Shown one piece after another: positions 50,319 to 61,121 of a stretch of 64,000 nt of DNA (position 1 is the stretch's first letter; each line of letters begins with the position of its first letter). Source of the stretch: Candidatus Pelagibacter sp. (GTDB lineage: Bacteria > Pseudomonadota > Alphaproteobacteria > Pelagibacterales > Pelagibacteraceae). A program made the translations under genes and the position numbers. The DNA lies in contig JBJLDH010000007.1 in assembly GCA_045567255.1 (NCBI GenBank), positions 14,002 through 78,001 of the forward strand, given 5' to 3'. The notes beneath the pieces are model-generated. The model ran no database searches. It was not told the origin of the DNA and was given only the letters and a program-made list of their open reading frames with translations.

Positions 50319-50888
50319 TTATTTTGATAATTGAGCTTTTTCTTTTTCTTTCTTCTCTCTCTTTATTCTTCTTTCAGCTTTTTCAATCTCATTAATTAGA
50401 TCTTTTTGTGAAAATAATCCCATAGCCACAGGATCTTTTGCAGTTAAATTGTTAAAATTCCAATAACTTTTATTTCTAATTGCGGTTACAGAATTTTTCG
50501 TTATTCCAACTAATTTAGCAATTTGTGAGTCTTTTAAAATTGAATGCTGTTTTGATAACCAAAATGCCGAGTCAGGTTTATCTTGACGTTTTGACAAAGG
50601 TATATATTTTTTTATCTTTTTTTCAGAACTTTCAATCTCAATTTCTGTTGATTTTATATTTAATTGTCTATTTTGATCATCGGAAGAAAGTTTTATTTCT
50701 TCCCTTGTTAACTGTCCTGAAATTATTGGATTATAACCAACAATCCCCTTGGCCACTTCTCCATCTGCAATACCCTGAATTTCTACCTCATGAAGTTTAC
50801 AAAATTCAGCAATTTGCTTAAAAGTTAAAGTTGTGTTTTCAACAAGCCAAACGGCAGTAGCCATTGGCATTAAAGGAGCATTTGTCAT
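50319..50888 (-). CDS. DUF1013 family protein (TrcR-like)
   Basis: PLMPMATAVWLVENTTLTFKQIAEFC, YIPLSKRQDKPD. Confidence 0.9.
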   Translation of the reverse strand: MTNAPLMPMATAVWLVENTTLTFKQIAEFCKLHEVEIQGIADGEVAKGIVGYNPIISGQLTREEIKLSSDDQNRQLNIKSTEIEIESSEKKIKKYIPLSKRQDKPDSAFWLSKQHSILKDSQIAKLVGITKNSVTAIRNKSYWNFNNLTAKDPVAMGLFSQKDLINEIEKAERRIKREKKEKEKAQLSK

Positions 50889-51118
50889 TAGCTATTTTTT
50901 TCTGATCTAAAGTTTTGAAATTTCTTATTAAATTTACTTATTCTTCCTTTGTCTAAAATTCTTTGTTTTCCACCAGTCCATGCCGCATGTGATTTTGGAT
51001 CTATTTCAAGTTTTAAAATATCACCTTCTGATCCCCAAGTTGATTTAGTCTCAAATTGGCTTCCATCAGTCATTTCAACTTTAATATTATGGTAGTCAGG
51101 ATGTAAGTTTTTTTTCAT
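50888..51118 (-). CDS. rpmE: 50S ribosomal protein L31
   Basis: [10 protein letters not shown]...[12 protein letters not shown]...[10 protein letters not shown]. Confidence 0.96.
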   Translation of the reverse strand: MKKNLHPDYHNIKVEMTDGSQFETKSTWGSEGDILKLEIDPKSHAAWTGGKQRILDKGRISKFNKKFQNFRSEKNS

Positions 51119-51153
51119 ATGCGGGTTTATAGCAAAAGAATTTGTAAATACAA

Positions 51154-51894
51154 TTAAAAGTTATTTAATTTTTCAATCATTTTATTATAAATATTGCTAC
51201 TTGAAGCCCTTATATCAATTTTATTAATACTATAATTATTTATATCGTTTACTTTTCCTCCAGCTTCTTCAACAATTAGAATTCCAGCAGCTACATCCCA
51301 TATATTTATATTATTATGAAAATATCCATCAAACCTTCCGCAGCCTACGTAAGCTAGATCTAGTGCGGCACTACCAGTATATCGCAAATTTAATAATGAA
51401 TTTTTTGTTCCATCATGATTGGTAGCGAATAAGCATTCATCTAAATTAATTTTTTTTGAAACTCTAATTCTTTGATTGTTAAAAAATGAACCATTATTTC
51501 TTTCAGCATAAAACATTTCATTTTTAATTGGATCAAAAATAATTCCTGATTTAATTTCATTTTTAAATTTTAAAGCTACCGATATTGCAAAATGTGGAAT
51601 TCCATGCAAAAAATTTGTAGTTCCATCTATAGGATCAATAATCCAACAGTTATCTTCATCAGATTTATTAATTATTCCACTCTCCTCAGTTATAAAAGAG
51701 TAATTTTTTTTTGCTTTTGACAATTCTTCAATTAATATTTTTTCAACACGTTTATCTGTTTTTGTTACAAAATCTCTTGGTCCTTTTTTTGATACTTGTA
51801 AATTTTCAATTTCTCCAAAATCTCTAATAATTACTTTTGAAGCTTTTTCACAAGCTTTTATCATTATATTTAAATTAGGTGATATTGAATTCAT
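51154..51894 (-). CDS. suhB: Inositol monophosphatase family
   Basis: [31 protein letters not shown]. Confidence 0.93.
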   Translation of the reverse strand: MNSISPNLNIMIKACEKASKVIIRDFGEIENLQVSKKGPRDFVTKTDKRVEKILIEELSKAKKNYSFITEESGIINKSDEDNCWIIDPIDGTTNFLHGIPHFAISVALKFKNEIKSGIIFDPIKNEMFYAERNNGSFFNNQRIRVSKKINLDECLFATNHDGTKNSLLNLRYTGSAALDLAYVGCGRFDGYFHNNINIWDVAAGILIVEEAGGKVNDINNYSINKIDIRASSSNIYNKMIEKLNNF

Positions 51895-52460
51895 TTGTTT
51901 ATAATCTTTTTAACGTATTCAATTGTTCTAGTATCAATAATTATATTATCACCACTTTCAATAAAAGGAGGTACTTGAATATTTATACCATTATCTAAAA
52001 CAGCGGGCTTGTAAGAAGATGAAACTGTTTGACCTTTTATAGCCGCATCTGTAGTTTGTACTTTTGAGGTTATTTGTTTTGGTAATTCTATCGAAATAGG
52101 TTTTTCATCATAAAAACTTATACTTACTTCTAAATTTTCAGCAAGCATTTTCCCTTTTTCGCCAATTGTACTTTTTTTAATATTTATCTGATCAAAAGTT
52201 TTTGGATTCATAAAATAATAACTTGTATCATCATTGTATAAGTAATTAAATTTTGTTTCTTCTAAAGATGCTTTCTCAACATTCTCACTTGATCTAAATC
52301 TCTCGTTTAGTTTTGTATTTTTGTTAAGACTTTTCATTTCAACTTGAGCAAATGCACCTCCTTTACCAGGTTTTACGTGTTGCGTTTTTAATACTTCCCA
52401 AAGATCATTTTTGTATTCTAAAATCATTCCAACTCTTATTTCTGTAGCATTTATTTTCAT
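51891..52460 (-). CDS. efp: Elongation factor P
   Basis: HVKPGKGGAF, YKPA, VPPFI. Confidence 0.97.
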   Translation of the reverse strand: MKINATEIRVGMILEYKNDLWEVLKTQHVKPGKGGAFAQVEMKSLNKNTKLNERFRSSENVEKASLEETKFNYLYNDDTSYYFMNPKTFDQINIKKSTIGEKGKMLAENLEVSISFYDEKPISIELPKQITSKVQTTDAAIKGQTVSSSYKPAVLDNGINIQVPPFIESGDNIIIDTRTIEYVKKIINK

Positions 52461-53074
52461 ATTATTTTATTAATTGCTTCAATTGGTTTATATTTTTTAT
52501 TGTTCCAAATGTAGCCTGAGATAGCTAAAAAGTTTGCTTTATTCAATAAAAGTTTTTTATAATTTTTTGAATTAATACCTCCGATAGCAACAATAGGAAT
52601 TTTTGTGATTTTTTTTATTGAATTTAGAATATTAGTTGTTGCTCTGTACCTAATTTTTTTTGTTTTTGAGGCATAAAATGAACCTAAGGCAATATAATCT
52701 GCTTTATGATTAATTGCTGTTTTGGCTAATTTTATTGAGTTATGACATGTAATCCCTATAATCTTTTTTTTAAGTAATTTTCTTGCTTGAATAATATTCA
52801 TATCTTTTTGACCTAAATGACAACCATCAGCATTTAGTTTTTTTGCTAAAATAGGATCATCGTTAATTAAAAAATTTACATTAAATTTTTTACAAATTTT
52901 TTTAACTTTTTTTCCAATTAAAATTTTTTTCTCATTCTTTTCATTCTTTAACCTTAATTGAAAAAAACTTATTTTTTTGCTTTTAAATAATTTTATAAGA
53001 TCATTATAGAAATTATCTTCAGCAACTTTGTTAGGAGAAATTAAGTAAATAAATTTTTTTTTATTTATTCTCAA
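52457..53074 (-). CDS. thiE: Thiamine-phosphate synthase
   Basis: QLRLK, INDD, GCHLGQKD, SKTK, AIGGI. Confidence 0.88.
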   Translation of the reverse strand: MRINKKKFIYLISPNKVAEDNFYNDLIKLFKSKKISFFQLRLKNEKNEKKILIGKKVKKICKKFNVNFLINDDPILAKKLNADGCHLGQKDMNIIQARKLLKKKIIGITCHNSIKLAKTAINHKADYIALGSFYASKTKKIRYRATTNILNSIKKITKIPIVAIGGINSKNYKKLLLNKANFLAISGYIWNNKKYKPIEAINKII

Positions 53075-54071
53075 GCTCTTTTGACCATTTACCTTTTGCA
53101 GCTAGAGAACACATTTTTGCTCTATGATTAAACAATTCTTGTGTACCATTTATGTTATTTATGTCTTTAGACCAAAATTTAAGAGCACTTTGTTGAAGAG
53201 CTCTTCCATATGAATATGTCATTATAAAACTTGTATTGTTATAAATATTAATTTGATTTAAGTTTTCCGTAGCTTCAATATCAGATTGACCTCCAGACAA
53301 AAATGCAATTCCAGGAACTTCAGAAGGAACGCTATCCTTTAAGCAATTTACAGTGAGTTTTGCTATTTCTTCTCTTGAAGTTTTTTGCTTACAACTTGAT
53401 CCGGGCAGAATCATATTTGGTTTCAATATTATACCTTTCAAATCTACTTTATTTAACTCAAGCTCATCAAAACATTTTTTTATTACTTCAGATGTTTTTT
53501 TATAACAATCATTTGCAGAGTGATTTCCTTCCATTAAAACTTCAGGTTCAATTATAGGAACCATGCCACATTCTTGGACTAATGCAGAATATCTAGCAAG
53601 AGAATGTGCATTTGATTTTATTGATAATTGACTAGGGTAATTTTCTGATATTATATAAACCCCTCTCCATTTTGTAAACCGAGCACCAAGTTTATAATAT
53701 TCTTGCAGTCTTTCTCTTAAACCATCAAGTCCTTCTGTAATTTTTTCTTCATTAGAGTTTGCTAAAATTTTTGCACCTGTATCAACCTTTATTCCTGTTA
53801 TTGTATTTGAATCCGAAATTAATTCTGGAATTTTTTTTTTTGTTTTACTCGTTTGCTTTATTGTTTCATCATATAGTATAACACCACCTATACATCCTTT
53901 CATACTTGTAGAAGTGAAAAGAGTTTCTCTAAATAACAATCTATTTTCTGGACTAGATTCTACTTTAACACTATCAAGTCTCTTAGTCATTGTGCCAGTA
54001 CTTTCGTCGGCAGCCAGAATCCCTTTTCCATTTTCAATAATTTTTAGGGCAATTTTATTTAGTTCAGACAT
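53061..54071 (-). CDS. fba: Fructose-bisphosphate aldolase class I
   Basis: GKGILAADESTGT, KWRGV, VPIIEPEV, LKPNM, FLSGGQS, YSYGRALQ. Confidence 0.95.
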   Translation of the reverse strand: MSELNKIALKIIENGKGILAADESTGTMTKRLDSVKVESSPENRLLFRETLFTSTSMKGCIGGVILYDETIKQTSKTKKKIPELISDSNTITGIKVDTGAKILANSNEEKITEGLDGLRERLQEYYKLGARFTKWRGVYIISENYPSQLSIKSNAHSLARYSALVQECGMVPIIEPEVLMEGNHSANDCYKKTSEVIKKCFDELELNKVDLKGIILKPNMILPGSSCKQKTSREEIAKLTVNCLKDSVPSEVPGIAFLSGGQSDIEATENLNQINIYNNTSFIMTYSYGRALQQSALKFWSKDINNINGTQELFNHRAKMCSLAAKGKWSKELENK

Positions 54072-55254
54072 TTTGATTTAAAGCTTTTATACCAGGTAAA
54101 GTTTTTCCTTCAAGATATTCTAAAAAAGCTCCACCAGCAGTTGAGACAAATGTAAATGAGTCTAACTTTTTAAATTTGTTTATTGCCGCAACCGTTTCAC
54201 CGCCTCCAGCTACAGAAAAAATTTTATCATTTATTGTCTTATTTGAAATTATTTCTAGTATTTCTTTAGTTCCATTTTGGAAATTTGGATTTTCAAAATA
54301 ACCAGCTGGCCCATTCCACAATACCGTATTTGAAACATTAATTATATTTTTAATTAAAGAAATTGTTTTTGGGCCAATATCCAATATCATCTCATCATCT
54401 TTAATTTCTTTTATATCTTTATCTTCACCATAACCTTCTATATTTTTTGAGACCACTACATCGATAGGACATATAATTTTACAATTAAATTTTTTTGAAA
54501 TTTTTAAAATTTCTTTTATTAATGACTCACAATTATTTTCATATATTGATTTTCCTACATTTGAACCAGTATGTTTTAGCATTGTATTGGCCATACCCCC
54601 AACAATAATTATGTTATTAAATTTTTTTGCTAAATTATTAATAATGTTTATTTTTGTTGAAATTTTTGATCCGCCTATAATAAGTGTAACTGGTTTTCTT
54701 ATTTCAGAAGTTATTTTTTCTAAAGCTCGAAGCTCTTGCGTAATTTGTAAGCCAAAATATGAAGGAATAAATTTTGTTATTCCTTCAACAGACGCATGAG
54801 ATCTATGAGAACAGGAAAACGCATCATTAATATAAAAGTCCCCTAAATTTGAAAGATTTTTAGCAAATTCAATATCATTTGACTCTTCTCCATTATTAAA
54901 ACGAATATTTTCTAACATCATAATAGATCCACTTTTAATTTTATTAACATCAGAAAGAGTATGTTCGTTTATTATGTTTTTATTAAATAAGATATTTACA
55001 TTTAATAAAGATGATAATTTTTTTGAAATTGGCTCCAAAGACATTCCCTTAACAATTTTTCCTTTTGGTCTACCAATGTGAGATATAATTATTATTTTTG
55101 CTTTTTTTTCTAATAGCATTTTTATAGTTGGTATTACTTTTTCTATTCTAGATGATTCTGTTATAGATCCATTTTTCATTGGAACATTTAAATCAACTCT
55201 AAGTAAAACTTTTTTATCTTTAAAAATGATATTTTGATTTGAAATATTTCTCAT
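54064..55254 (-). CDS. pgk: Phosphoglycerate kinase
   Basis: RVDLNVP, LENIRF, NDAFSCSHR, WNGPAG, STAGGAFLE. Confidence 0.97.
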   Translation of the reverse strand: MRNISNQNIIFKDKKVLLRVDLNVPMKNGSITESSRIEKVIPTIKMLLEKKAKIIIISHIGRPKGKIVKGMSLEPISKKLSSLLNVNILFNKNIINEHTLSDVNKIKSGSIMMLENIRFNNGEESNDIEFAKNLSNLGDFYINDAFSCSHRSHASVEGITKFIPSYFGLQITQELRALEKITSEIRKPVTLIIGGSKISTKINIINNLAKKFNNIIIVGGMANTMLKHTGSNVGKSIYENNCESLIKEILKISKKFNCKIICPIDVVVSKNIEGYGEDKDIKEIKDDEMILDIGPKTISLIKNIINVSNTVLWNGPAGYFENPNFQNGTKEILEIISNKTINDKIFSVAGGGETVAAINKFKKLDSFTFVSTAGGAFLEYLEGKTLPGIKALNQNV

Positions 55255-55260
55255 AAAAAA

Positions 55261-56265
55261 TTAAATTTTATGAATATATTCTGCTAAATCACACATCCTT
55301 GATGCAAAACCCCACTCATTGTCATACCAGGCTGAAACTTTACCCATTTTATTTCCAACAACATTAGTTAGAGACAAATCCACAACTGCAGAATTAGGAT
55401 TATGATTAAAATCGACTGAAACTAGTTTTTCTTCATTAGCTTCTATTATATTTTTTAAATTATTTTTTGACGCTTTCCTAAACGAGTTATTAATTTTATT
55501 AATAGACAATGTTTTTTTAGAATTAAACACTAAGTCAACTAAAGAAACGTTAGGAGTCGGAACTCTCATTGCTAATCCTTCAATTTTACCCGCTAGTTCA
55601 GGTATTATTTCACCAAGAGCTTTTGATGCTCCTGTTGAAGTTGGCACAATGGATTGAGCTGCAGCTCTCGCTCTTCGTGGATCTTTATGAGAATTATCTA
55701 AAAGTCTTTGATCAGTGGTATATGAATGAATAGTCGTCATAAAAGCTTTTTCAAGTATAAACTCCTTATTAAGAATATAAGCAACTGGGGCTAGACAGTT
55801 TGTAGTACACGAGGCTGCTGAAATTACTAAATCATTTTTATTTATTGATTTATGGTTTACACCATAGACAATTGTTTTATCAGCATTTTTACAAGGCGCT
55901 GAAACAATTACTTTATTGGCACCATTTTTTATATGTTGTAACGATTTTTCTTTTGAATTATTTTTTCCAGTACATTCCAAAACGATGTCTACATTATTTT
56001 TTTTCCAATTAATTTTATCTAACTCTGTTTCTCTTGAGTAAGATATTTTTTTATTGTTTATAAATAAATTTTTTTCATTAAATGTAATATCAGCATTAAA
56101 TTTTCCGTGAATCGAATCATATTTTAAAAGTTGGCTACTATTTCTTAAATCTGTTCTATTATTTATTTGTTTAATTTCTATATTTTTATTTTTATTTTCT
56201 ACAATAGACCTGACAATCATTCTTCCGATTCTACCCAAGCCATTTATACCAACTCTAACCTTCAT
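55261..56265 (-). CDS. gap: Type I glyceraldehyde-3-phosphate dehydrogenase
   Basis: GINGLGRIGR, ASCTTNCLAP, WYDNEWG. Confidence 0.97.
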   Translation of the reverse strand: MKVRVGINGLGRIGRMIVRSIVENKNKNIEIKQINNRTDLRNSSQLLKYDSIHGKFNADITFNEKNLFINNKKISYSRETELDKINWKKNNVDIVLECTGKNNSKEKSLQHIKNGANKVIVSAPCKNADKTIVYGVNHKSINKNDLVISAASCTTNCLAPVAYILNKEFILEKAFMTTIHSYTTDQRLLDNSHKDPRRARAAAQSIVPTSTGASKALGEIIPELAGKIEGLAMRVPTPNVSLVDLVFNSKKTLSINKINNSFRKASKNNLKNIIEANEEKLVSVDFNHNPNSAVVDLSLTNVVGNKMGKVSAWYDNEWGFASRMCDLAEYIHKI

Positions 56266-56267
56266 AT

Positions 56268-58226
56268 CTATTTATCAATCATTTTAATTATTTTATTAAC
56301 TATATTTTTACTCGTTAAACCAAAATATTTATAAGCATCTTTATAAGGAGCACTTATACCAAAATCATTTATCCCAAAGCAAGCCCCCTTATCCCCAACT
56401 ATTTTATTCCAACAATCAGTTGAAGCAGCCTCTATTGAAATTTTATATTTCGACTCATTTAAAATTTTATTCTTGTATGTTTTTGACTGTAATTCAAATA
56501 GTTCATGAGATGGCACTGATATAACTTTACAATATATTTTATATTTGACCAATTTATGGCTAATATCAATAGCTAGGTTAACTTCAGACCCACTTGCAAA
56601 AATAGTTAATTTAATTTTTTTATTAGTTCTCATAATTTCATAAGCACCAAAAGCACATTTATTTGCTTTAGAATATTTTATTCTAATAGGATCAAGATTT
56701 TGTCTTGTTAAAGACAGGATACTCGGTGTCTTTAAACTTTTTAAAGCTAGTTCCCAACATTCAATAGTTTCTGTTCTGTCTGCTGGTCTTAATATATTTA
56801 AATTAGGAATGCTCCTTAAACCAGATAATTGTTCTATTGGTTGGTGGGTGGGTCCATCTTCACCTAAACCAATCGAATCATGTGTCATTACATAAATAAC
56901 TCTTTGCTTCATCATTGCCGACAATCTAATTGAAGGTTTGCAATAGTCAGAGAAAATAAGGAATGTGCCTCCATAAGGAATTAATTTACTATGAAGAGCC
57001 AAACCATTCATAATTCCACACATAGCGTGCTCTCTAACGCCATAATGAATATAGTTACCTCCAAAATCATTTGAGCTAATTACTTTGTGGAATTTTGTTT
57101 TTGTGTTGTTTGAACCAGCTAAGTCTGCGGATCCACCAATTAAATTATTACTGTCTTTTGTTAAAGCATTTATTATTAATTCAGATGACTTTCTGGTAGC
57201 TAAGCTTTTATGTTCCATTATAGCATTTATTTTTTCAGTTTTTACTGATTTATTGAAATTATTTTTAAGTATTTTTTCTATTTTATTTTTTTTTCTTTTA
57301 TAATTTTTGTTCCATACATTTTCCAGTTTTATTCCTTTATTTCCTATTTTTCTCCATTCATTAAAAATATAACTTGGTATTACAAATTCTTTATGTTTCC
57401 AGTTTAATTTTTTTCTAACTAATTTTATTTCATCTTCTCCCAATGGACTCCCATGTGAAGCAGCTTTTCCAGATTTATTTGGAGAACCATATCCTATTTT
57501 TGTTTTACACGAGATTACAGTTGGCCTTGTTGCCTTTAGAGTTTTTTTAAAAGCATTAAAAATTTCATTTTCGTTATGACCATTTATCATTATGTAGTTC
57601 CATCCATAGCTTTCAAATCTTTTTTTAAAATTATCTGAAACTGCTAGACTTGTTGGGCCATCGATTGATATTGAGTTATTATCAAATAACATTACTAAAT
57701 TTTTTAATTTTAAATGTCCTGCGAGACTCATTGCTTCATGACTTATGCCCTCCATAAGACATCCATCTCCAGCTAAAACATATGTTTTATGATTTATTAT
57801 TTCATTTCCTAATTTTTTTTTTAAAATTTGTTCAGCAATTGCAAAACCAACTGCATTAGATATCCCTTGTCCAAGTGGTCCAGTAGTCGTTTCTATACCG
57901 CTACCAGATTTATACTCAGGGTGTCCAGCACAAATGGAATTTAATTGCCTAAAATTTTTAATACTATTTAAAGTCACACTTTTGTATCCAGTTAAATAAA
58001 GTAACGAATATAAAAGCATTGAACCATGTCCAGCAGACAAAACAAATCTGTCTCTATTTAGCCAACTTGGATTTTTAGGGTTAAATTTTAAAAAATGTTT
58101 GAACAAGATTGTAACAACATCCGCCATCCCCATTGGCATTCCTGGATGTCCAGAATTAGCCTTCTGGACAGCATCTATTGAAAGAAAACGCACTGCGTTA
58201 GCTAAAATTTTGTTTTGTTTATTCAA
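56268..58226 (-). CDS. tkt: Transketolase
   Basis: ANSGHPG, RDRFVLSAGHGS, GDGCLMEG, THDSIGLGEDGPTHQP. Confidence 0.98.
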   Translation of the reverse strand: MNKQNKILANAVRFLSIDAVQKANSGHPGMPMGMADVVTILFKHFLKFNPKNPSWLNRDRFVLSAGHGSMLLYSLLYLTGYKSVTLNSIKNFRQLNSICAGHPEYKSGSGIETTTGPLGQGISNAVGFAIAEQILKKKLGNEIINHKTYVLAGDGCLMEGISHEAMSLAGHLKLKNLVMLFDNNSISIDGPTSLAVSDNFKKRFESYGWNYIMINGHNENEIFNAFKKTLKATRPTVISCKTKIGYGSPNKSGKAASHGSPLGEDEIKLVRKKLNWKHKEFVIPSYIFNEWRKIGNKGIKLENVWNKNYKRKKNKIEKILKNNFNKSVKTEKINAIMEHKSLATRKSSELIINALTKDSNNLIGGSADLAGSNNTKTKFHKVISSNDFGGNYIHYGVREHAMCGIMNGLALHSKLIPYGGTFLIFSDYCKPSIRLSAMMKQRVIYVMTHDSIGLGEDGPTHQPIEQLSGLRSIPNLNILRPADRTETIECWELALKSLKTPSILSLTRQNLDPIRIKYSKANKCAFGAYEIMRTNKKIKLTIFASGSEVNLAIDISHKLVKYKIYCKVISVPSHELFELQSKTYKNKILNESKYKISIEAASTDCWNKIVGDKGACFGINDFGISAPYKDAYKYFGLTSKNIVNKIIKMIDK

Positions 58227-58281
58227 AAAATTATCCTGTATAGACTTAGGTGACTCAATTTAATACTATAAATATATATAT

Positions 58282-58605
58282 ATGAAAAGTGTTGATGCAA
58301 AAGAAAAAAAACTTCAAGAAGTTCTAAATGAATTGAAAAATTTAGAAATTAATAATCCCAGTCAATTAGAGGAACTTAAAATTTTAGAAAAGGAGAAAAA
58401 TCAATTAGAAATTGAAAAATTAGAATTACAAGAGAAATACAATTCTTTAGAACTACTAAACGAAAATCTTAAAATTAAGTTGGATGAATTTCATAAGAGA
58501 GAAATAAATGACAAGGTCAAAGAAGATGAGTTTTCTGAAAAAATTGATGAATTAAACCAAGAAACAGATAATTTAATGGATGAAATAGAGAAATGGCAAA
58601 TGTAA
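58282..58605 (+). CDS. Coiled-coil protein upstream of zapA (ZauP/ZapB-like position)
   Basis: Heptad-rich E/K/L sequence overlapping the zapA start. Confidence 0.55.
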   Translation: MKSVDAKEKKLQEVLNELKNLEINNPSQLEELKILEKEKNQLEIEKLELQEKYNSLELLNENLKIKLDEFHKREINDKVKEDEFSEKIDELNQETDNLMDEIEKWQM

Positions 58606-59039
58606 ATATAAAATTCAATGGAAAAGAGTTTCTTCTTTCATGCGATGATGGTCAAGAAGAGCATTTAGAAGAACTTTCTTTATATCTGAATAATAAATTT
58701 AATGATTTGAAAAATTCCTTAGGAAATATAGGAGAGAATAAACTATTATTGATAACATCAATTAAAGTTATGGATGAATATTTTGAAACTAAAAAAAAAA
58801 TTGATATTCAAAAAAATGAAATTAATAAAATTACAGAAAGATTTAAAGAGCTTAAGTCGCTAGTCTACGACTACAAACATGAAAAGGAAAAAGAAATTGA
58901 GAACTTCAAAGAAAGCCAAGAAAAATTTGCAAATGAAATTAATTCTCAAAAAATTAACTATGAAAATTTAGTTGATAAAGCCACAATAGAAATTGAGAGC
59001 TTTATCAAAAAACATACGGTTGATTCAAAAGTTCAATAA
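58593..59039 (+). CDS. zapA: Cell division protein ZapA
   Basis: MANVNIKFNGKEFLLSCDDGQEEHL...GENKLLL. Confidence 0.85.
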   Translation: MANVNIKFNGKEFLLSCDDGQEEHLEELSLYLNNKFNDLKNSLGNIGENKLLLITSIKVMDEYFETKKKIDIQKNEINKITERFKELKSLVYDYKHEKEKEIENFKESQEKFANEINSQKINYENLVDKATIEIESFIKKHTVDSKVQ

Positions 59040-59047
59040 TTCAATAG

Positions 59048-59590
59048 GTGTCTAAAAAAAAACAAAGAAAAAAAATTTTAATTTACCGAAAGAGTAATTA
59101 TAAAATTGTTAAATTCAAATATGCTTTATTAAAAGAGATTTTAAAAAAATTTAATTTACTGCAAGATAAAAATATTGGAGGGTATTTTCCAATTAATTAT
59201 GAAATAGATTGTTTAGAAATTTTAAAACAATTAGAAAAATCTGGTCATAAAATTTCTTTACCAGTAACAAAAGAAAAAAACAAAATGGATTTTTTTGAAT
59301 GGTCATCCGATGACCCTCTTTTGGTAGGCAAACTTGGAATACCAGAACCTTACCCAAAAAAAAAAGTTTATCCAGATATTCTTCTTGTTCCTATGGTAGC
59401 TTTTAATAAGTATAAATTTCGTCTTGGATATGGAGGTGGTTTTTATGATAGATACATCCATAAAATAAAGAAAAAAAAAAAAATGTTAACTATTGGGATG
59501 GCTTTTTCATTTCAAGAGTTAAAAAAATTGCCTACAGATCAATACGATAAAAAAATGGATTTTATTTTTACAGAGAATTACATCAAATAA
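59048..59590 (+). CDS. 5-formyltetrahydrofolate cyclo-ligase
   Basis: GIPEP, LLVPMVAF, RLGYGGGFYDR. Confidence 0.92.
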   Translation: MSKKKQRKKILIYRKSNYKIVKFKYALLKEILKKFNLLQDKNIGGYFPINYEIDCLEILKQLEKSGHKISLPVTKEKNKMDFFEWSSDDPLLVGKLGIPEPYPKKKVYPDILLVPMVAFNKYKFRLGYGGGFYDRYIHKIKKKKKMLTIGMAFSFQELKKLPTDQYDKKMDFIFTENYIK

Positions 59591-60396
59591 TGAATATATT
59601 ATTTTTAGGAGATATTGTTGGAAATTCAGGATGTTCTTCAGTTAAAAACAATCTTCCACAGATTATCAAAGATAAATCTATAGATTTTGTTGTAGTGAAC
59701 GGTGAAAACGCTGCAAGAGAAGGAGTGGGAATAACAGAGAATATTACCAATGAATTAATAAATTCAGGCGTCGATGTGATCACAACAGGCAATCATGTAT
59801 GGGATCAAAAAGAAACTTATGATTTTATAATTAGACAAAAAAGATTGCTAAGACCTTTAAACCTTTTTAAAGATTCACCTGGTAAAGGTTTTGAAATTTT
59901 TCATTCTAAAAAAGGATTTAAAATTGGTGTTTTAAACTTAATGGGAAATATTTTTATGAAAAAATGCAATGATGTTTTTGCTGCAGCTAAAAATTTTTTA
60001 GAAAAAAATAAGCTTAAAAATCAATATGATTTTTTAATAGTTGATTTTCATGGAGAAATTACAAGTGAAAAAATGGCTATGGGACATTTTTTTGATGGTT
60101 CGGCTACATTAGTTGTGGGCACACATACACATGTGCCAACAAACGATGGAAGAATTTTAAAGAATGGCACAGCTTACTTAACTGATGCAGGTATGTGTGG
60201 GGATTATAATTCTGTAATTGGAATGGATAAACAAAACTCAATCAACAAATTTTTAAAAAAAGAAGCAACAAAACATTTTCCTGCTACTGGAGAAGTTTCT
60301 TTGTCAGGGGTGATTGTTGAAGGGAATCATGAAAATGGTTTGGCAATTAACGTTAATAGTTTTATATTTGGTGGAGAATTAAAAAATAATTATTAA
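59590..60396 (+). CDS. YmdB/TIGR00282 metallophosphoesterase
   Basis: LGDIVG, NGEN, TGNHVWD, DFHGEITSEK, VGTHTHVPT. Confidence 0.93.
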   Translation: MNILFLGDIVGNSGCSSVKNNLPQIIKDKSIDFVVVNGENAAREGVGITENITNELINSGVDVITTGNHVWDQKETYDFIIRQKRLLRPLNLFKDSPGKGFEIFHSKKGFKIGVLNLMGNIFMKKCNDVFAAAKNFLEKNKLKNQYDFLIVDFHGEITSEKMAMGHFFDGSATLVVGTHTHVPTNDGRILKNGTAYLTDAGMCGDYNSVIGMDKQNSINKFLKKEATKHFPATGEVSLSGVIVEGNHENGLAINVNSFIFGGELKNNY

Positions 60397-60398
60397 TT

Positions 60399-61121
60399 AT
60401 GGCAGGTCATTCTCATTGGGCTGGAATAAAGCATAAAAAAGGAAAAGCGGACAAGCAAAGATCAAAAATTTTTTCTAAACTATCTAGAGAAATTACTGTT
60501 GCGGCTAAACTTGGTGACAAAAATCCTGATATGAATGCTCGATTGAGATCTGCTATACAAACTGCAAGATCTGCTAATATGCCTAAAGACAATATAGAAA
60601 GAGCTATAGATAAATCTTCTATCAATACCGACTCAAATTTTGAGAGCATAAGATACGAGGGATTTGGACCAAGTAAAACTGCATTTATAGTTGAGACTTT
60701 GACTGATAATAAAAATAGAACTGCATCCAAAATAAGAACTTTGTTTCAAAAAAATGGAGGTGGTCTTGCAACGCAAGGCGCAGCTTCTCATAATTTTAAA
60801 CAATTAGGAATTATAAAAATAGATAAAAAAGAATTAGGAGATGATAAAATTTTTGAACTTGCCATTGATTCAGGCGCTAAAGAATGTATTTCAAACAATA
60901 AATATCACGAAATTCATACGAATATGAATGAGATTTATGAAGTTAAAAAAAAATTAGAAAAAAATATTGCAAACTTTATTTCAACCGAAATAGAATGGAT
61001 ACCTTTAAATTTAGTTAATTTAAATGAAGTAGAAAAAGATAATATGATTAAATTTTTAGAAATACTTGATGAAGATGATGATGTTCAAAATATTTTTACA
61101 AATGCGAGATTTGGAAATTAA
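60399..61121 (+). CDS. yebC: YebC/PmpR family protein
   Basis: MAGHSHWAGIKHKK, YEGFGP, TDNKNRT, DDDVQNIF. Confidence 0.96.
   Translation: MAGHSHWAGIKHKKGKADKQRSKIFSKLSREITVAAKLGDKNPDMNARLRSAIQTARSANMPKDNIERAIDKSSINTDSNFESIRYEGFGPSKTAFIVETLTDNKNRTASKIRTLFQKNGGGLATQGAASHNFKQLGIIKIDKKELGDDKIFELAIDSGAKECISNNKYHEIHTNMNEIYEVKKKLEKNIANFISTEIEWIPLNLVNLNEVEKDNMIKFLEILDEDDDVQNIFTNARFGN

Noticed and set aside
45288-51118. Cys-free L36 and L31 as special zinc-starvation paralogs
   Set aside because: Zn-free forms are the ordinary single-copy versions in alphaproteobacteria, so they are not unusual here.
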